Below, one piece after another: positions 37,622 through 48,574 of a DNA stretch of 64,000 nt. Under the pieces are notes generated by a model. That model was not told where the DNA came from. It saw only the letters and a list, made by a program, of their open reading frames with translations, and did not search any database. The stretch is from contig CAZLEV010000002.1 of the NCBI GenBank assembly GCA_964558645.1, positions 288,001-352,000 on the forward strand. Reading direction: 5' to 3'. A program made the position numbers and the translations under genes. The number at the start of each line of letters is the position of its first letter. The stretch's first letter is position 1. This DNA is from an uncultured archaeon (GTDB lineage Archaea; Asgardarchaeota; Thorarchaeia; Thorarchaeales; Thorarchaeaceae).

Positions 37622-39172
37622 ATGAGTGAGGAAGAAAAACTCCTCTTCGTGCGAGAGAGCTCCGGCCTCGTGAGAGAGGTTGGTACGGGTTTCGCTCTAC
37701 TTCTTCCAATAGCACTAACCCTGGGTCCATGGTTCCACTTCTTTGGACCGCAGGTTTCCACTTGGTATCCTGGTGCACATCTGGTACCTATGTACGCAAT
37801 CGGTGCAGGTATTGTATTCTTTGAAGCTATCGCGCTGATGGTGCTGATGCTTGCCATGCCAAGGTCTGGAGCCTCATACCACTTCACTGGACGTGGTCTG
37901 AGTCCAATATTCGGTGTTATGGAAGGTTGGCGAAGCGTTATCACCAACCCTGTCTTCAGGGGAACTGGTAGCTTTTTCGCCGTGCAAATATTCGCTGGCG
38001 GGCTCACTGTTGTCGGCTACGCATCGAATAATCCCGGGCTGATCAGCTTTGCAACAACCCTTGGCACTGATGTCATCTGGTTGTTTACAGCGGCGGTTCT
38101 GATGATACTCGTTGGTTTCATCTTCAGCTATCTCAGCGTAAAATGGCTGGGATGGTTTGTGATAATCCTAGGTATCATCAACATCTTGGCGCTATTAGTA
38201 GCTGATTTAGTCATGATTACAACACCGATGACCGAAACAGTATGGGAGAATGTGTTTGGTGCAGGGTCTTGGGCGCCTATAGAAGCCTTTGACAATTCTG
38301 CGTATGTGGACTTCAACCCAGCTGCAATAGGTGGTGCGCTCATTCTGACAGTCGGTGGAATGTGGCCTTATCTAATCATGCCTGTTGCTGGCGAGGTGTC
38401 ACAACCGAGCAAGAACATTCCGCTCAGCAATGTGGGTGGTTGGGCGGGCATTGCTGCCTTTTTCCTACTCTCTGCCTTTGCGGTTGAGAGTTCCATGGGA
38501 GAGTATTTGTACGGGATCAACGTGACGTCCTACAGCCTCGGATTCTTCCCTGGATTCGGTAATTATGCAGCCGTGATTCTGGGTGCCAGCCCACTGGCAT
38601 TCTTCGTGATCTTGTGCCCGATTTTTGCCAGTGTACTAGACTCCCCGAGTAATGCGCTGTGGGTGACACGCCCAATGCATAGCATGGCCATGGACAGATT
38701 CTGTCCCGAGATGTTTGCAAGAGTCCATCCAAAGTATCATGTTCCACACATTACACTGTGGTTCTGGTTGATTCTTTCGGTTGGAACAGTAGCTTATGCT
38801 ACAATCTTGCAGTACTTCTACGGAACAGCACTCGCCTCTCTGATAGGCGTGGCATATACGTACGTGTTTATCAGATGGCAGATGTCTCTCGCTGCAGTGT
38901 CGCTCCCATACTACCGACCTACATTATGGGAGCGGAGCGGATCTTGGAAGATCTTCGGCATTCCACTGATTTCGATTGGTGGTCTGATAGCAGGTACAGC
39001 CTTCTTCTATGCCATGGTGGCATACACGCCTGATCCCGGGGTTCAGTATGAAGTCTGGTTCACTGTGATCATCTACGTGATAGGCCAGCTTGCCTATCTG
39101 TACTATGGCATGAAGAACAAGGCCAAGGGTATTGAGATGAGTGCCATATTCGGACAACTCCCGCCCGAGTAG
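37622..39172 (+). CDS. APC-family amino acid permease
   Basis: LFVRESSGLVREV, AMPRSG, AGEV and DR..PE.FARVHP motifs; about 12 TM helices; LPPE end. Confidence 0.9.
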   Translation: MSEEEKLLFVRESSGLVREVGTGFALLLPIALTLGPWFHFFGPQVSTWYPGAHLVPMYAIGAGIVFFEAIALMVLMLAMPRSGASYHFTGRGLSPIFGVMEGWRSVITNPVFRGTGSFFAVQIFAGGLTVVGYASNNPGLISFATTLGTDVIWLFTAAVLMILVGFIFSYLSVKWLGWFVIILGIINILALLVADLVMITTPMTETVWENVFGAGSWAPIEAFDNSAYVDFNPAAIGGALILTVGGMWPYLIMPVAGEVSQPSKNIPLSNVGGWAGIAAFFLLSAFAVESSMGEYLYGINVTSYSLGFFPGFGNYAAVILGASPLAFFVILCPIFASVLDSPSNALWVTRPMHSMAMDRFCPEMFARVHPKYHVPHITLWFWLILSVGTVAYATILQYFYGTALASLIGVAYTYVFIRWQMSLAAVSLPYYRPTLWERSGSWKIFGIPLISIGGLIAGTAFFYAMVAYTPDPGVQYEVWFTVIIYVIGQLAYLYYGMKNKAKGIEMSAIFGQLPPE

Positions 39173-39186
39173 CCCATAAATCATAG

Positions 39187-39209
39187 GAAGAGAGCAGCAA
39201 GCTCTCTTC
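39187..39209 (+). terminator. Hairpin after the permease gene
   Basis: gaagagagc-agcaa-gctctcttc. Confidence 0.5.
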
Positions 39210-39248
39210 TCACCTTTATTCCTCGAGTTCAGACCTGCCTATCTGAAA

Positions 39249-40181
39249 CTAAAATCTATCTTCCTCAGTGAAGTCATGGATAGGTGGGAAAGCATTACGG
39301 CTAGCTTTGCTTGAGAGAGGCTCCAGTTTGTCCCATGTCCTGTGAAAACGAGATGGAAATGACCACGGTCTGATGAGAAGAAGTTCTTCAACATTCTCCG
39401 ATGAATTGTACAGTTGAAGGGCGTTTTCTGCTGCCTCAGCGAACCTTTTACGCTCATCATCTTCTAACACCTGCTGACTGAAGACATAGGCATCGTCTTT
39501 CCACTGATAGCGAACGGAGAACTCGTCATGATCCGCGAACACCCTCTTGATGAGTCGCCAAGGCCAAAAAGTTGCCATCTGCTCAAGCTGCTCTCCTGCG
39601 CCGTATAGGTCCAGCGCCATGCCCTCCTTGCAGTACACGTAGTCGGGTGCTCTCTCTCTGAACTTGGGATTTGGTCTTGCCTGCCGTCCCTTCTTTGTCC
39701 AGTCATACCAATTAGAGCCTATGCGCTCGATGACCTCGCAACGCTCAATTATGTACTTCACAGCCGCAGCAGTACCATGATGGGCAAGCCCCGGCAGGTA
39801 GGGTCTTCGAAGTTTCGCTTCAATGAGCCCCCTGACCGTCGGAACATCTTCTAAGGGAATAATGCTCCATATCGGGAAGAACGCTCTGCCGTGGGGGAGA
39901 TTATAGAGATATACAATTCCCACACTATCGATGGGTTCGAATCCTTTCGGCAGTTCTTCGTCAAGTGGCCATGTGGAATTGTTCATACAATAGTGTACAT
40001 CGCACACATCAAAGGAAACTACTTCATCCCAACTGGCGTCATAATGTGCATGGTATTGCTTTCCCTTCCTCTCTCGCTGCAGGAAGAATGTGGCACAGGT
40101 TCCACCAATTCGAACTTCATTCTCCGGATTGAGGGGGTCAGTGCCAACGTATTCAAAGTCATCAAGCATATCTCGACTCAC
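39249..40181 (-). CDS. Hypothetical protein
   Basis: 310-aa ORF filling the intergenic space; no family recognised. Confidence 0.65.
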   Translation of the reverse strand: MSRDMLDDFEYVGTDPLNPENEVRIGGTCATFFLQRERKGKQYHAHYDASWDEVVSFDVCDVHYCMNNSTWPLDEELPKGFEPIDSVGIVYLYNLPHGRAFFPIWSIIPLEDVPTVRGLIEAKLRRPYLPGLAHHGTAAAVKYIIERCEVIERIGSNWYDWTKKGRQARPNPKFRERAPDYVYCKEGMALDLYGAGEQLEQMATFWPWRLIKRVFADHDEFSVRYQWKDDAYVFSQQVLEDDERKRFAEAAENALQLYNSSENVEELLLIRPWSFPSRFHRTWDKLEPLSSKASRNAFPPIHDFTEEDRF

Positions 40182-40305
40182 ATCATTCGTCCGTTAAATA
40201 GGCTTTCGGACGTTCCACTCTTAAGTAAAGTGACATAGGTTAAACTCTGAATCAAAAACGTTAAGAGCTCGTGTCTTGGAACCTGACAGGAGAGGACTCT
40301 TACCG

Positions 40306-41001
40306 ATGAGCCAAGGACCCAAGCGAAGCCGGAGTTCTTCTGATTCCTTTGAGGCCTTAGAGATTGAAACCTCAGGTCTGCCTCTGAAATTCAGCAAGAA
40401 TCTCGCCACCGTGATGGATGCGTATCGCATTAATAGGACTTACAGCACTGAGTTTGTTGATAAGGCAATCAATAGAGGCGAACTTCCAAGAGGTTTCATA
40501 CAGCAATGGGGGACTATCAGGGCTGTGCTTCACAGGATTGCTGCAGTGGGACCAAAGATACCAAACGTGGAGAAGTGGCTCAATCAGAGACAGTATGTTT
40601 CCTTCGCGTCAATGGCACTGTTGACAATTGCTGTTCCTCTTCTTCTTGCCACATGGGTACTGCAGTTAGCTTGGCTGGAACCCATTGCACTTCCGCTGTC
40701 CATCGTGGCCATGGCCCTACTCCTGATTAGCTGGCTGACTTCTGCGTGGTTCAACCGAAAGGTTGCGTGGACCATACATGACTACATAGAGGATCATCCA
40801 GAACTTGTGCGCAAAGAAAGGAAGGTACTCAAGAAATGGTCCCAATCCATGATCTATCATATTGCTAGGCTCCTGCGCAGGAGCAATGCGGATCCTGACA
40901 AGAACCTACTGAAGCTCTTCAACAACGATTACAAGGGAATCGACATCCTAAAAGAGCCGTCAGGCTTCAGAAAACACTACGTTGTTAGAATCAGGGTCTA
41001 G
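40306..41001 (+). CDS. Hypothetical two-TM membrane protein
   Basis: Central hydrophobic hairpin; start at 40276 or 40306. Confidence 0.7.
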   Translation: MSQGPKRSRSSSDSFEALEIETSGLPLKFSKNLATVMDAYRINRTYSTEFVDKAINRGELPRGFIQQWGTIRAVLHRIAAVGPKIPNVEKWLNQRQYVSFASMALLTIAVPLLLATWVLQLAWLEPIALPLSIVAMALLLISWLTSAWFNRKVAWTIHDYIEDHPELVRKERKVLKKWSQSMIYHIARLLRRSNADPDKNLLKLFNNDYKGIDILKEPSGFRKHYVVRIRV

Positions 41002-41069
41002 TCCTCACTTGGACTGAGGTATTCTTGCGGAGTTCAGGGTCGGCCAATCATACCGCCGATACTCTGATG

Positions 41070-42197
41070 TTAAAGTAAGACCTCTATGGGCCTGTAGTCA
41101 AGATTGAATCCGAAATGACGTGGTCCCAACACCTTCAGACCCTCTGGCTCTCTGAATACAGGCGCTCCTTTCATCCCAATCACGACGACATTGTCGCCTT
41201 TCCTGATGTCTGTGTTTGTGATTGGCTCTCCTGTCTTTGAATCGATAATCTCGATAATATCGGGGCTCGTCACCCAGGGTTTTCCATCAAGCCACGTGAT
41301 ATGATTCTCGTTTTTGAACCAAACCTTGAGCTTAGAACCAATCTTAGGTCCACTACCTTTGATCTCTGTTTCACCCCACATGTAACCCTGCTTGTTCTCC
41401 CAGGTCTTCTGAACGACGGTGCCTTTGAATAGAATCCATCCACCAGCCTTTTCTACAATCTTCTCTGCAGGATCATCTCCGGATTCTCTGCTCTCTCTAA
41501 TCAGCCGGCCCACGGTAAAGGCCTTAGAGAGTGTTCCGGGGATGATTGCTCTGTGGAAGTCTTTGCCCTGAACTGGAAATGCAACGTTCCCGAGACGACC
41601 CCACGCCACCTCGCTGAGTGCTTTCGATATCCTTTCTCCCATCTCGTAGTTTATGACATGTTCCACGATGGTCTTGTTGCCATACCAGTCTATCAGGGCC
41701 ATCGGGGCCATAGAGAATCCCTTCACGCAGACTGTGTTCTGACAGATTTCGGGAACCGCCCTTCCTGAGTAGTCTCCGTCTACGCACGGAATTCCGTGTT
41801 TCATGGCTGCATCAATGGGCGCCGGTGTGTTCACTCCGCCAAGCTCAAAGGGTGCTACTGCTGCAAACTCGACGTCCATGTGTTTCTCGAGGGTTGCAAG
41901 CCCTTCTGCAAGCTCATTCTCGAATAAATCCCAAGCAAATCTCTTTCTCAGCGCATCTGTTTCCGGCGTCGGAGGAGCAATTGTGCCCGAGTAGTATGGA
42001 CACGCGAGCCAGTCATCAAGTTTGATCTTTTCAACATCAATGATATCGATTTTCTTTCCTGCGTCGACATGCGGGTAAAGCATGTTCAAGCCGAGCTGCT
42101 TGCTCCCTCCACCCCCCGTACCAAAAAAGGTACAGCCAGTTGCGAGATCTTCGATGTCTGTACGGTTCTTTAAGATTAGGCCCATGATTTCGACCAT
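41070..42197 (-). CDS. DUF917 family protein
   Basis: GTGGGG, ELGG.N, DGDYSGRAVPE, FKNEN and SPDII motifs. Confidence 0.88.
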   Translation of the reverse strand: MVEIMGLILKNRTDIEDLATGCTFFGTGGGGSKQLGLNMLYPHVDAGKKIDIIDVEKIKLDDWLACPYYSGTIAPPTPETDALRKRFAWDLFENELAEGLATLEKHMDVEFAAVAPFELGGVNTPAPIDAAMKHGIPCVDGDYSGRAVPEICQNTVCVKGFSMAPMALIDWYGNKTIVEHVINYEMGERISKALSEVAWGRLGNVAFPVQGKDFHRAIIPGTLSKAFTVGRLIRESRESGDDPAEKIVEKAGGWILFKGTVVQKTWENKQGYMWGETEIKGSGPKIGSKLKVWFKNENHITWLDGKPWVTSPDIIEIIDSKTGEPITNTDIRKGDNVVVIGMKGAPVFREPEGLKVLGPRHFGFNLDYRPIEVLL

Positions 42198-42311
42198 CCT
42201 TTGCGTGAGTTTAACACCTAAGCAAGTTTAACTCCCTTAAATCTATTCACACAAACTGGACGAAGAGAAGCAAGGAGGTCGCTCATGTATCGTCCTGTCT
42301 TTTGTTTATTT

Positions 42312-43253
42312 CTAGAGCTCTACGCGGCCTGCTGTGACCTTGCCGTCATCAACATTGATGACGAATCCCTTTAGAATGCCCTCACGATACTCAGAACCTG
42401 GATTGATGCAGAGGGTCTTGCCAATCTGTCGATACCCCACTGACTCGTGGATATGTCCATGCATGCCTAGGAGAGGCTGATACTTCTCAATAACAGCACG
42501 TACCGACTTGCTGCCCACTGGTTCCATTACCTCATATGCCCCAGACTTCTTGATTCTGTGGTCAGCTGTGAGTGATGGAGCTGTATCGAGTCCAGAGTTG
42601 TGTGGCGGGTCGTGGAAGTTGCAGATCACATTTGAGTAATCATCAGTTTCAAGGCGGGCGAATTCCGCTTCAAGCTTGTCCATTAGTTCTTCATCTGGGC
42701 ACTCCCGATGTGTGTTCCAAGGTGTCGAGTTCACCCACTCGCATGATATCATAGGATATCCTCTTACATCAACGACTCTGTTCAGTGGGTAGATAATCCT
42801 CGGGTCATTCTTGATGACCTCATCGATAGCCCAATCGTCGTCATTTCCTGGATTGACCACAACCATCACATCTTCAGGGATTCTCTCCCTGGCCATATCC
42901 ATCCACAGCTGTATCCTCTCTCTCATCAGGTCTTTGAATAGCTGGGTAATGGCTCCTTCAGTTTCTCTGAGCTTGGCTAGCTCGTCGGGTGTTAGAATCT
43001 TGGGATAGTAACCCTCAGTTTCTACAAATCTGATGAACTTGTCAAGATCTTTCTGCTTCTTGAAGGTCTTCTTATTGCCATATGGCTGCGCATACCAACG
43101 GTCTTCCTTCTCCTGGATGATCGGCATGATTGCCTTTCCAGTAAGATCACCACACATCATGGCTACATCAGCCTTGAACACCTTCGGTGCACGACACATC
43201 TTCTCCCACGTCTGTTGACTTCCGTGGGGGTCTGCTGCTAGGAATATCCGCAT
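42312..43253 (-). CDS. Calcineurin-like metallophosphoesterase (Icc-related)
   Basis: DPHG, GDLTG, GNDD, HGHIHE and NPGS motifs. Confidence 0.88.
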   Translation of the reverse strand: MRIFLAADPHGSQQTWEKMCRAPKVFKADVAMMCGDLTGKAIMPIIQEKEDRWYAQPYGNKKTFKKQKDLDKFIRFVETEGYYPKILTPDELAKLRETEGAITQLFKDLMRERIQLWMDMARERIPEDVMVVVNPGNDDDWAIDEVIKNDPRIIYPLNRVVDVRGYPMISCEWVNSTPWNTHRECPDEELMDKLEAEFARLETDDYSNVICNFHDPPHNSGLDTAPSLTADHRIKKSGAYEVMEPVGSKSVRAVIEKYQPLLGMHGHIHESVGYRQIGKTLCINPGSEYREGILKGFVINVDDGKVTAGRVEL

Positions 43254-43435
43254 TGTACTGCCTCTCGGGAATCTTATCTCTCTCTGTACTTGAAAGCTCA
43301 GAACTAGTCTTCGGCTGATTCCGACGTTTAAAGGTATTATGGTGCAACAGCAGCCCAATTTAAGAAATGAAACTCAACAAGTCGTAAGATATTAAAACTC
43401 CGATTGGCTTCTCCAGAGAGTCACTATACGGTCTA

Positions 43436-44242
43436 TTGGAGATTGGTAAATTGTCTGGCAAGTATGGGGCTATTCTTGACGATTTCATGGAAGAAGCCTT
43501 GAGGATTGAGAAAGCAGCAGCAGGAATCGGAGTACCCCTGCGTATTATCGGATGTTTGGCTTTCAGGCTTAAGAGCCCTGAGTATACTGACCTTCACAGG
43601 AAGATGGGTCGAGAGGTCACAGACATTGACTACGTGTCTTACTACAAGTTTCAACAGAAGATAATCAACCTCTTTAGAGATGATCTTGGTTACCATTGGG
43701 TGCCTCCCAGCTTTGCCCGAGCTAGCACTCTTAGAGATCTCTTTATCGACAAGGAAAGAGGACGGAAGGTCGACGTCTTCTATGACCATCTCGAGTTCTG
43801 CCACAAGATCGATTTCAAGAAGAACAAACGTCTAGAAGTTGATGCCCCCACAATCCCTTTGGCTGAGCTGTTTCTCGAGAAGACACAGATTGTTGAGATC
43901 AATGCCAAGGACCTGAAAGACCTCATAATCACGTTTCTTGCTCACGAGGTTAGTGACAACGATGATGATTCCATGATCAACGGCTCCTACATTGCCAAAG
44001 TACTGTCAGATGATTGGGGATTCTACTACACAGTCATCACCAACATCAAAAAGTTCTTGGATTTCATACCAGGAGTTGAGGAGATTACTCAGGAGCAGAC
44101 GGATTTGATAACTAAAAGAGTGATGAAGCTCGCCAAGATGATTGAAGATGAGCCCAAGTCGCGTGGGTGGAGAAGACGTGCCAAAGTGGGCACAAAGCAG
44201 CGATGGTACAAGATTGTGGACTCTATGGATGGAACCCGATAA
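43436..44242 (+). CDS. Putative Pol-beta-superfamily nucleotidyltransferase
   Basis: LRIIGCLAF...DIDY...VDVF...LFLEK.......KD..D pattern. Confidence 0.6.
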   Translation: MEIGKLSGKYGAILDDFMEEALRIEKAAAGIGVPLRIIGCLAFRLKSPEYTDLHRKMGREVTDIDYVSYYKFQQKIINLFRDDLGYHWVPPSFARASTLRDLFIDKERGRKVDVFYDHLEFCHKIDFKKNKRLEVDAPTIPLAELFLEKTQIVEINAKDLKDLIITFLAHEVSDNDDDSMINGSYIAKVLSDDWGFYYTVITNIKKFLDFIPGVEEITQEQTDLITKRVMKLAKMIEDEPKSRGWRRRAKVGTKQRWYKIVDSMDGTR

Positions 44243-44266
44243 ACAGACTAGAGCAGGTTCAGAGGT

Positions 44267-45397
44267 TTGGCAACAATGAAGCTGTCGATACAGAACGCTT
44301 ATGATATGCTTACTGGAGTTGGGATTCTTGGAACTGGCGGTGGCGGCGACCCCGTAGGCTTCGGGAAGCCCATGGTGGATTGGGACTACAGAAAGGGGCG
44401 AGTCTACGAAGCAACACCTTCATCAGAAATCAAGGATGATGCCTTCATCGTCTGTGGAGGTTACATGGGTTCTGTCAGTGCTTTCACATCCATAGGGGAT
44501 ATGCTGAAGACATGGGAAACTCGTTACGAACTCCACGAAGCCATGAAGGTGTCAGAGAGGATTACTGGGAAGAAGGTTGACCATCTTGTACCCTTCGAGC
44601 TTGGAGGCACAAACACAACGGTCATGCTCTCGCTGGCCGCTCGTGCTGGAATCACAACAGTCGACGGCGATGGTCTTGGCCGGTCCGCACCTGAAACTCA
44701 GATGATTACCTTCGTTGGCTATGGAATCGAACTCTGTCCGATGCCAGTGGTATCAAAGAACGGAAGCATAATCATCGTTGAGAAGACAACATCTCCCGCA
44801 CTTGCAGATGAGATTGGTCGGTTTGCCGTGGTCAAGGATGGCGGGGCCGGGGCAAATAATCATTACTACCAAACAGGCGCACAGCTTAAGGAGGCTGTAG
44901 TTCCTGATAGCATCTCGAAATCGATTCGGCTTGGTGAGGCGATACGGGATGCCAATGAAAACAAGCAAGATCCGATCGAGGCGTTCTTGGATATCATGCC
45001 TGATTCCCAAAGAGTGGCTTCGGGGAAGATTACTGAAGTAAAAGGGGAAGACAGGGCAGGACACTGGCATGTGTCTGTGACCATTGCTCCAGATGATCTC
45101 AAGGGCAATCTCCAGATAGTCGTGAAGAACGAGTACATGATGGCCCTCTTTGATGACGAACCCATCGTCATGTTTCCTGATTTGATCTGCATCCATTATC
45201 CGGATACTGGTCATGGTGTTATGAGTTCCAACCTCAAAGAGGGCATGGATATTGTTGTCACAGCGATGCCCGCACACGAGAGGCTGAGGTACGCGGCAAA
45301 CACAGAAATTGGCAGGAAGGCGTTTTCGCCCGAACGATATGGACACCCTGAGCTGAAATACAAGCCCATGGAAGATATTATTGGGCGGCTTGGCTAG
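44267..45397 (+). CDS. DUF917 family protein (second, divergent paralogue)
   Basis: GTGGGGDP, ELGG.N, DGDGLGRSAPE, KNE and FPDLI motifs. Confidence 0.88.
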   Translation: MATMKLSIQNAYDMLTGVGILGTGGGGDPVGFGKPMVDWDYRKGRVYEATPSSEIKDDAFIVCGGYMGSVSAFTSIGDMLKTWETRYELHEAMKVSERITGKKVDHLVPFELGGTNTTVMLSLAARAGITTVDGDGLGRSAPETQMITFVGYGIELCPMPVVSKNGSIIIVEKTTSPALADEIGRFAVVKDGGAGANNHYYQTGAQLKEAVVPDSISKSIRLGEAIRDANENKQDPIEAFLDIMPDSQRVASGKITEVKGEDRAGHWHVSVTIAPDDLKGNLQIVVKNEYMMALFDDEPIVMFPDLICIHYPDTGHGVMSSNLKEGMDIVVTAMPAHERLRYAANTEIGRKAFSPERYGHPELKYKPMEDIIGRLG

Positions 45398-45456
45398 ACG
45401 GAGAAAGAGAATCCCTCTTCTTGGAACGAGGGAATTCACAATGGAGTATGTGCCAC

Positions 45457-46227
45457 ATGACACGTCTTGCACTCATCGGGGCCACTGGGATTGATTGGTG
45501 GACTAATCCAAAGAAGAGATCGTACATCATGAAACACGTTCCAGAAGGTTCTGAAGTTGGAAATATGACCCCGCGACATGGTACTCACAGTGTGGAGTCG
45601 CTAGCCGATGAGGCCTATAATGCACCTTTCATCCTCGAGCAAATTGTTCGTGCTAACAGGGAGGGTTATGATGTCATAGTAATTGACTGCGCCTGCGACC
45701 CTATTCTCGAGGCGGCTCGAGAGGTTTCACAGATTCCTGTTGTGGGTCCCAGGAACACCTCGCTGCATCTTGCTCTCACTCTTGGAACCCGTTTTGGGGT
45801 GGTCACTGTACAAGGTGAGTCATTGAAACGGTGTTTTGAATATGGTATCAGAAAGGAGGGTCTGGAGCCCTTCTGTGCCGGTGTCAAGTACTTGGACATT
45901 CCAGTTCTTGAAATCTCAAAGAAGCCAGAGGATGCTCAAAAGGAGATACTGACCCGGAGCAGGGAACTTATTGAGGGAGATGGCGCCGACGTAATTGTCC
46001 TAGGTTGCACCGCCCTCTCTTACGAGGTTGACCTCCATCCCATCATGGAACAACTAGGCGTTCCTGTGATTGATCCTTGGGTGGTCGCGATGAGGACGGC
46101 CTTCTTACTTGTGGAATCCGGACTCTCACACAGTAAGGTTGCCTATCCAAGTCCGCCCCCAAAGAGGGTGAATGAGGCACCTTCCTTAAAGGGAGCGTTC
46201 GATGGTATCCTCAAGGAGAGGTCATGA
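45457..46227 (+). CDS. Asp/Glu/hydantoin racemase family protein
   Basis: IDCACDP..EAARE, IVLGCT and GVPVIDP motifs. Confidence 0.88.
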   Translation: MTRLALIGATGIDWWTNPKKRSYIMKHVPEGSEVGNMTPRHGTHSVESLADEAYNAPFILEQIVRANREGYDVIVIDCACDPILEAAREVSQIPVVGPRNTSLHLALTLGTRFGVVTVQGESLKRCFEYGIRKEGLEPFCAGVKYLDIPVLEISKKPEDAQKEILTRSRELIEGDGADVIVLGCTALSYEVDLHPIMEQLGVPVIDPWVVAMRTAFLLVESGLSHSKVAYPSPPPKRVNEAPSLKGAFDGILKERS

Positions 46228-47467
46228 CCTGCCCATCCCTTCTCAATAATGGCATAATCCCAATGAGTACAATCAATGAGAGCACCGTACACATTAGGTA
46301 GGGCAGATTGATAACGAAGTCTGCTAACCAGCCGCCAAGAATGGGACCAATAAAGAGCCCCAAGCCACCCATACTCTCAACCAGGCCAGCATAGGACCCC
46401 TTATCGATCTCAGTGGCGGATACAATGAGATAGATAGCACCGAGATAGCTGAAGCCTACGGCTACTCCCGATACAACCATGGCAATCGTGAGCATCCAGA
46501 AGTCAGTGAACACAAACAAGACCAGAGAAGAGATTCCTGATAATATGGCTCCACATGTTATCACTGAGCCCATGAATCGGTCCGGTAGTCGAGCCGTGAT
46601 TATGAAGGCCACAGTCCGGATTCCGTTCCAGACCAGCAACATGACTCCCCACTGGTCTGCCCCCAAACCCGGCAGCGATTCAACATATGATGGGAATAAT
46701 GCCAGAACAACTGTGGATACTACACCCCACAGCAAGATTGAGAGATATGAGGCAATAAATCTGGGACTGGTCCTAGATGCCTTCTTAGGCGAGATAAATG
46801 AATTCTCTGAGGGTTGGAGTTCATCCATTCTTTCAGCAAAAAACGTAGTCTTTCTCCGATATCCATGTAAGAACCCTCCAATAAGTCCCAGAGATATGAG
46901 TTCAATCGCCAACACAACGTAGATTGGTGCTTGTGGTGTATAGAGCCCTTGGACATAGGCTATGACGAAGGGGCTCATAATCATTCCAGCACTCCAGGAA
47001 GTCGAAAAGTTGCCTAAGACCTCACACTCGGCCTCTGGGGTCAATTCGGCCAGCATTCCTTCGATAGACGGAGCGATAAATCCGTATACCAATCCTTCGA
47101 GTGCTCTAATGCTGATAAGGTACAACGGACTGGCAAAAGGATTCAAATACAGAATAAGAACGACGACGTAGGCAGACGTTGCTATCATTAGTGAGAGTTT
47201 TCTTCCTACCCGATCTGAGAACCGTCCTCCTAATGCAGGAGATATCATATAAACCGCTCCAAACGAGCCCATTGCCCATCCTATTTCAAATCCGCTGCCG
47301 CCTAAGATGCCGGTGTACCAAGGCGCAAATATCTCTGTAGTACCTAGAGTGAAGGTGACAAGGAAGGTAGACACATATGCTATGATTCGATTTCTTCGTT
47401 TGGAGGCGGACGGTAAGTCGACCGCCTCATCGTCACCTAGGCAAAAGAACTCCACTGGCTGTGTCAT
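46211..47467 (-). CDS. MFS transporter
   Basis: GRFSDRVGRK motif A; about 12 TM helices. Confidence 0.9.
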   Translation of the reverse strand: MTQPVEFFCLGDDEAVDLPSASKRRNRIIAYVSTFLVTFTLGTTEIFAPWYTGILGGSGFEIGWAMGSFGAVYMISPALGGRFSDRVGRKLSLMIATSAYVVVLILYLNPFASPLYLISIRALEGLVYGFIAPSIEGMLAELTPEAECEVLGNFSTSWSAGMIMSPFVIAYVQGLYTPQAPIYVVLAIELISLGLIGGFLHGYRRKTTFFAERMDELQPSENSFISPKKASRTSPRFIASYLSILLWGVVSTVVLALFPSYVESLPGLGADQWGVMLLVWNGIRTVAFIITARLPDRFMGSVITCGAILSGISSLVLFVFTDFWMLTIAMVVSGVAVGFSYLGAIYLIVSATEIDKGSYAGLVESMGGLGLFIGPILGGWLADFVINLPYLMCTVLSLIVLIGIMPLLRRDGQVMTSP

Positions 47468-47511
47468 TGATGAGGTCCCCGATTTTGGTGATGTTGGTTT
47501 TTGCTAGAAGG

Positions 47512-48519
47512 TCACTCGAGATGCGGAGCAATCTCGCTCGCTAATATCTCTGCTGTTTGAATGGGATTCGTGCCAGGAACCGGGAAGGCGACAACAGTGT
47601 TTGCACCTGCGTCTATTATCTCCTGCAGCTGTTTTGTACAGGACTCGATGTCGCCAACAACCCCTAGTGTCACGACCATCTTGTCCGTGATTAGCTCTCC
47701 TACGTCTTCTCCGGCTTCTTCTGCCCTTCGAAAGGCGAGGGTATCCTCGTCCTTGATTCCTGCACGCTCCATCAGGGGACCGCCCGGTTGAGAGTGAGGC
47801 AAGTAGAGTTTCATCAAATTCCTTGCAAGGCCTATTGCCTTGTCAGTATCTTCATCTATCACCATGGGGAGGTATGAAACCATCTCGAAGTCTTCGGTAG
47901 ATCTTCCCGCTTTCTCTGCGCCGAGTTCGACTCTGTCCCATGCCCATTTGACATAGCTCGCGGTGTTGAAGATGGAGAGAATCGCACCATCGCCAATCTC
48001 TCCGGCAAGTTTGAGCCCCATCTTTCCTTCAAAAGCCAGGTAGATTGGCGGGTTATTTCTTACAGGTTGGAAGATGAGCTTCACATCTTCTGCCTTGAAG
48101 AACTGTCCGTCGAACGTGACGCTGTCCCCTGTCAGTATCTTCCTGATTAGCTCGGTGCATTCTCTCGTGCGAGAGAGAGGCTTCTTCACAGGAAAACCCA
48201 TCTGTTGCATCCAAAACGGGACTCCTGAGCCGATTCCGAATACTGCTCTCTTGCTAGACATCTCGTCAATCGTCGCAAATTCCATTGCTATTAGAGCTGG
48301 ATGCCGGGAATACGGATTCACTACTCCCAATCCTATCCTCACGTGTTCTGTGGCCATGGAGGCAGCAGCCATGTATGGAATACCTCCTCTGAAGAAGTAG
48401 TCCTCAGCAAACCAGACTGAACCAAGCCCAAACCTCTCGGTTGCTACAGCCATCTCAACGGCTTCGGAGACTGGAAAGACTCCGGTCATTGCCAACCCTA
48501 TTTCCTTGAATCCTTTCAT
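47512..48519 (-). CDS. LLM-class (Mer-like, probably F420-dependent) oxidoreductase
   Basis: WFAEDY, G.GVVNPYSRHPA..A...ATIDE.S and LAGEIGDG motifs. Confidence 0.85.
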   Translation of the reverse strand: MKGFKEIGLAMTGVFPVSEAVEMAVATERFGLGSVWFAEDYFFRGGIPYMAAASMATEHVRIGLGVVNPYSRHPALIAMEFATIDEMSSKRAVFGIGSGVPFWMQQMGFPVKKPLSRTRECTELIRKILTGDSVTFDGQFFKAEDVKLIFQPVRNNPPIYLAFEGKMGLKLAGEIGDGAILSIFNTASYVKWAWDRVELGAEKAGRSTEDFEMVSYLPMVIDEDTDKAIGLARNLMKLYLPHSQPGGPLMERAGIKDEDTLAFRRAEEAGEDVGELITDKMVVTLGVVGDIESCTKQLQEIIDAGANTVVAFPVPGTNPIQTAEILASEIAPHLE

Positions 48520-48574
48520 TCTGCTACTGTCTCCTATCTATTGTAAAGGAGATGAAGAGGGCTTGCCTCCTCAC

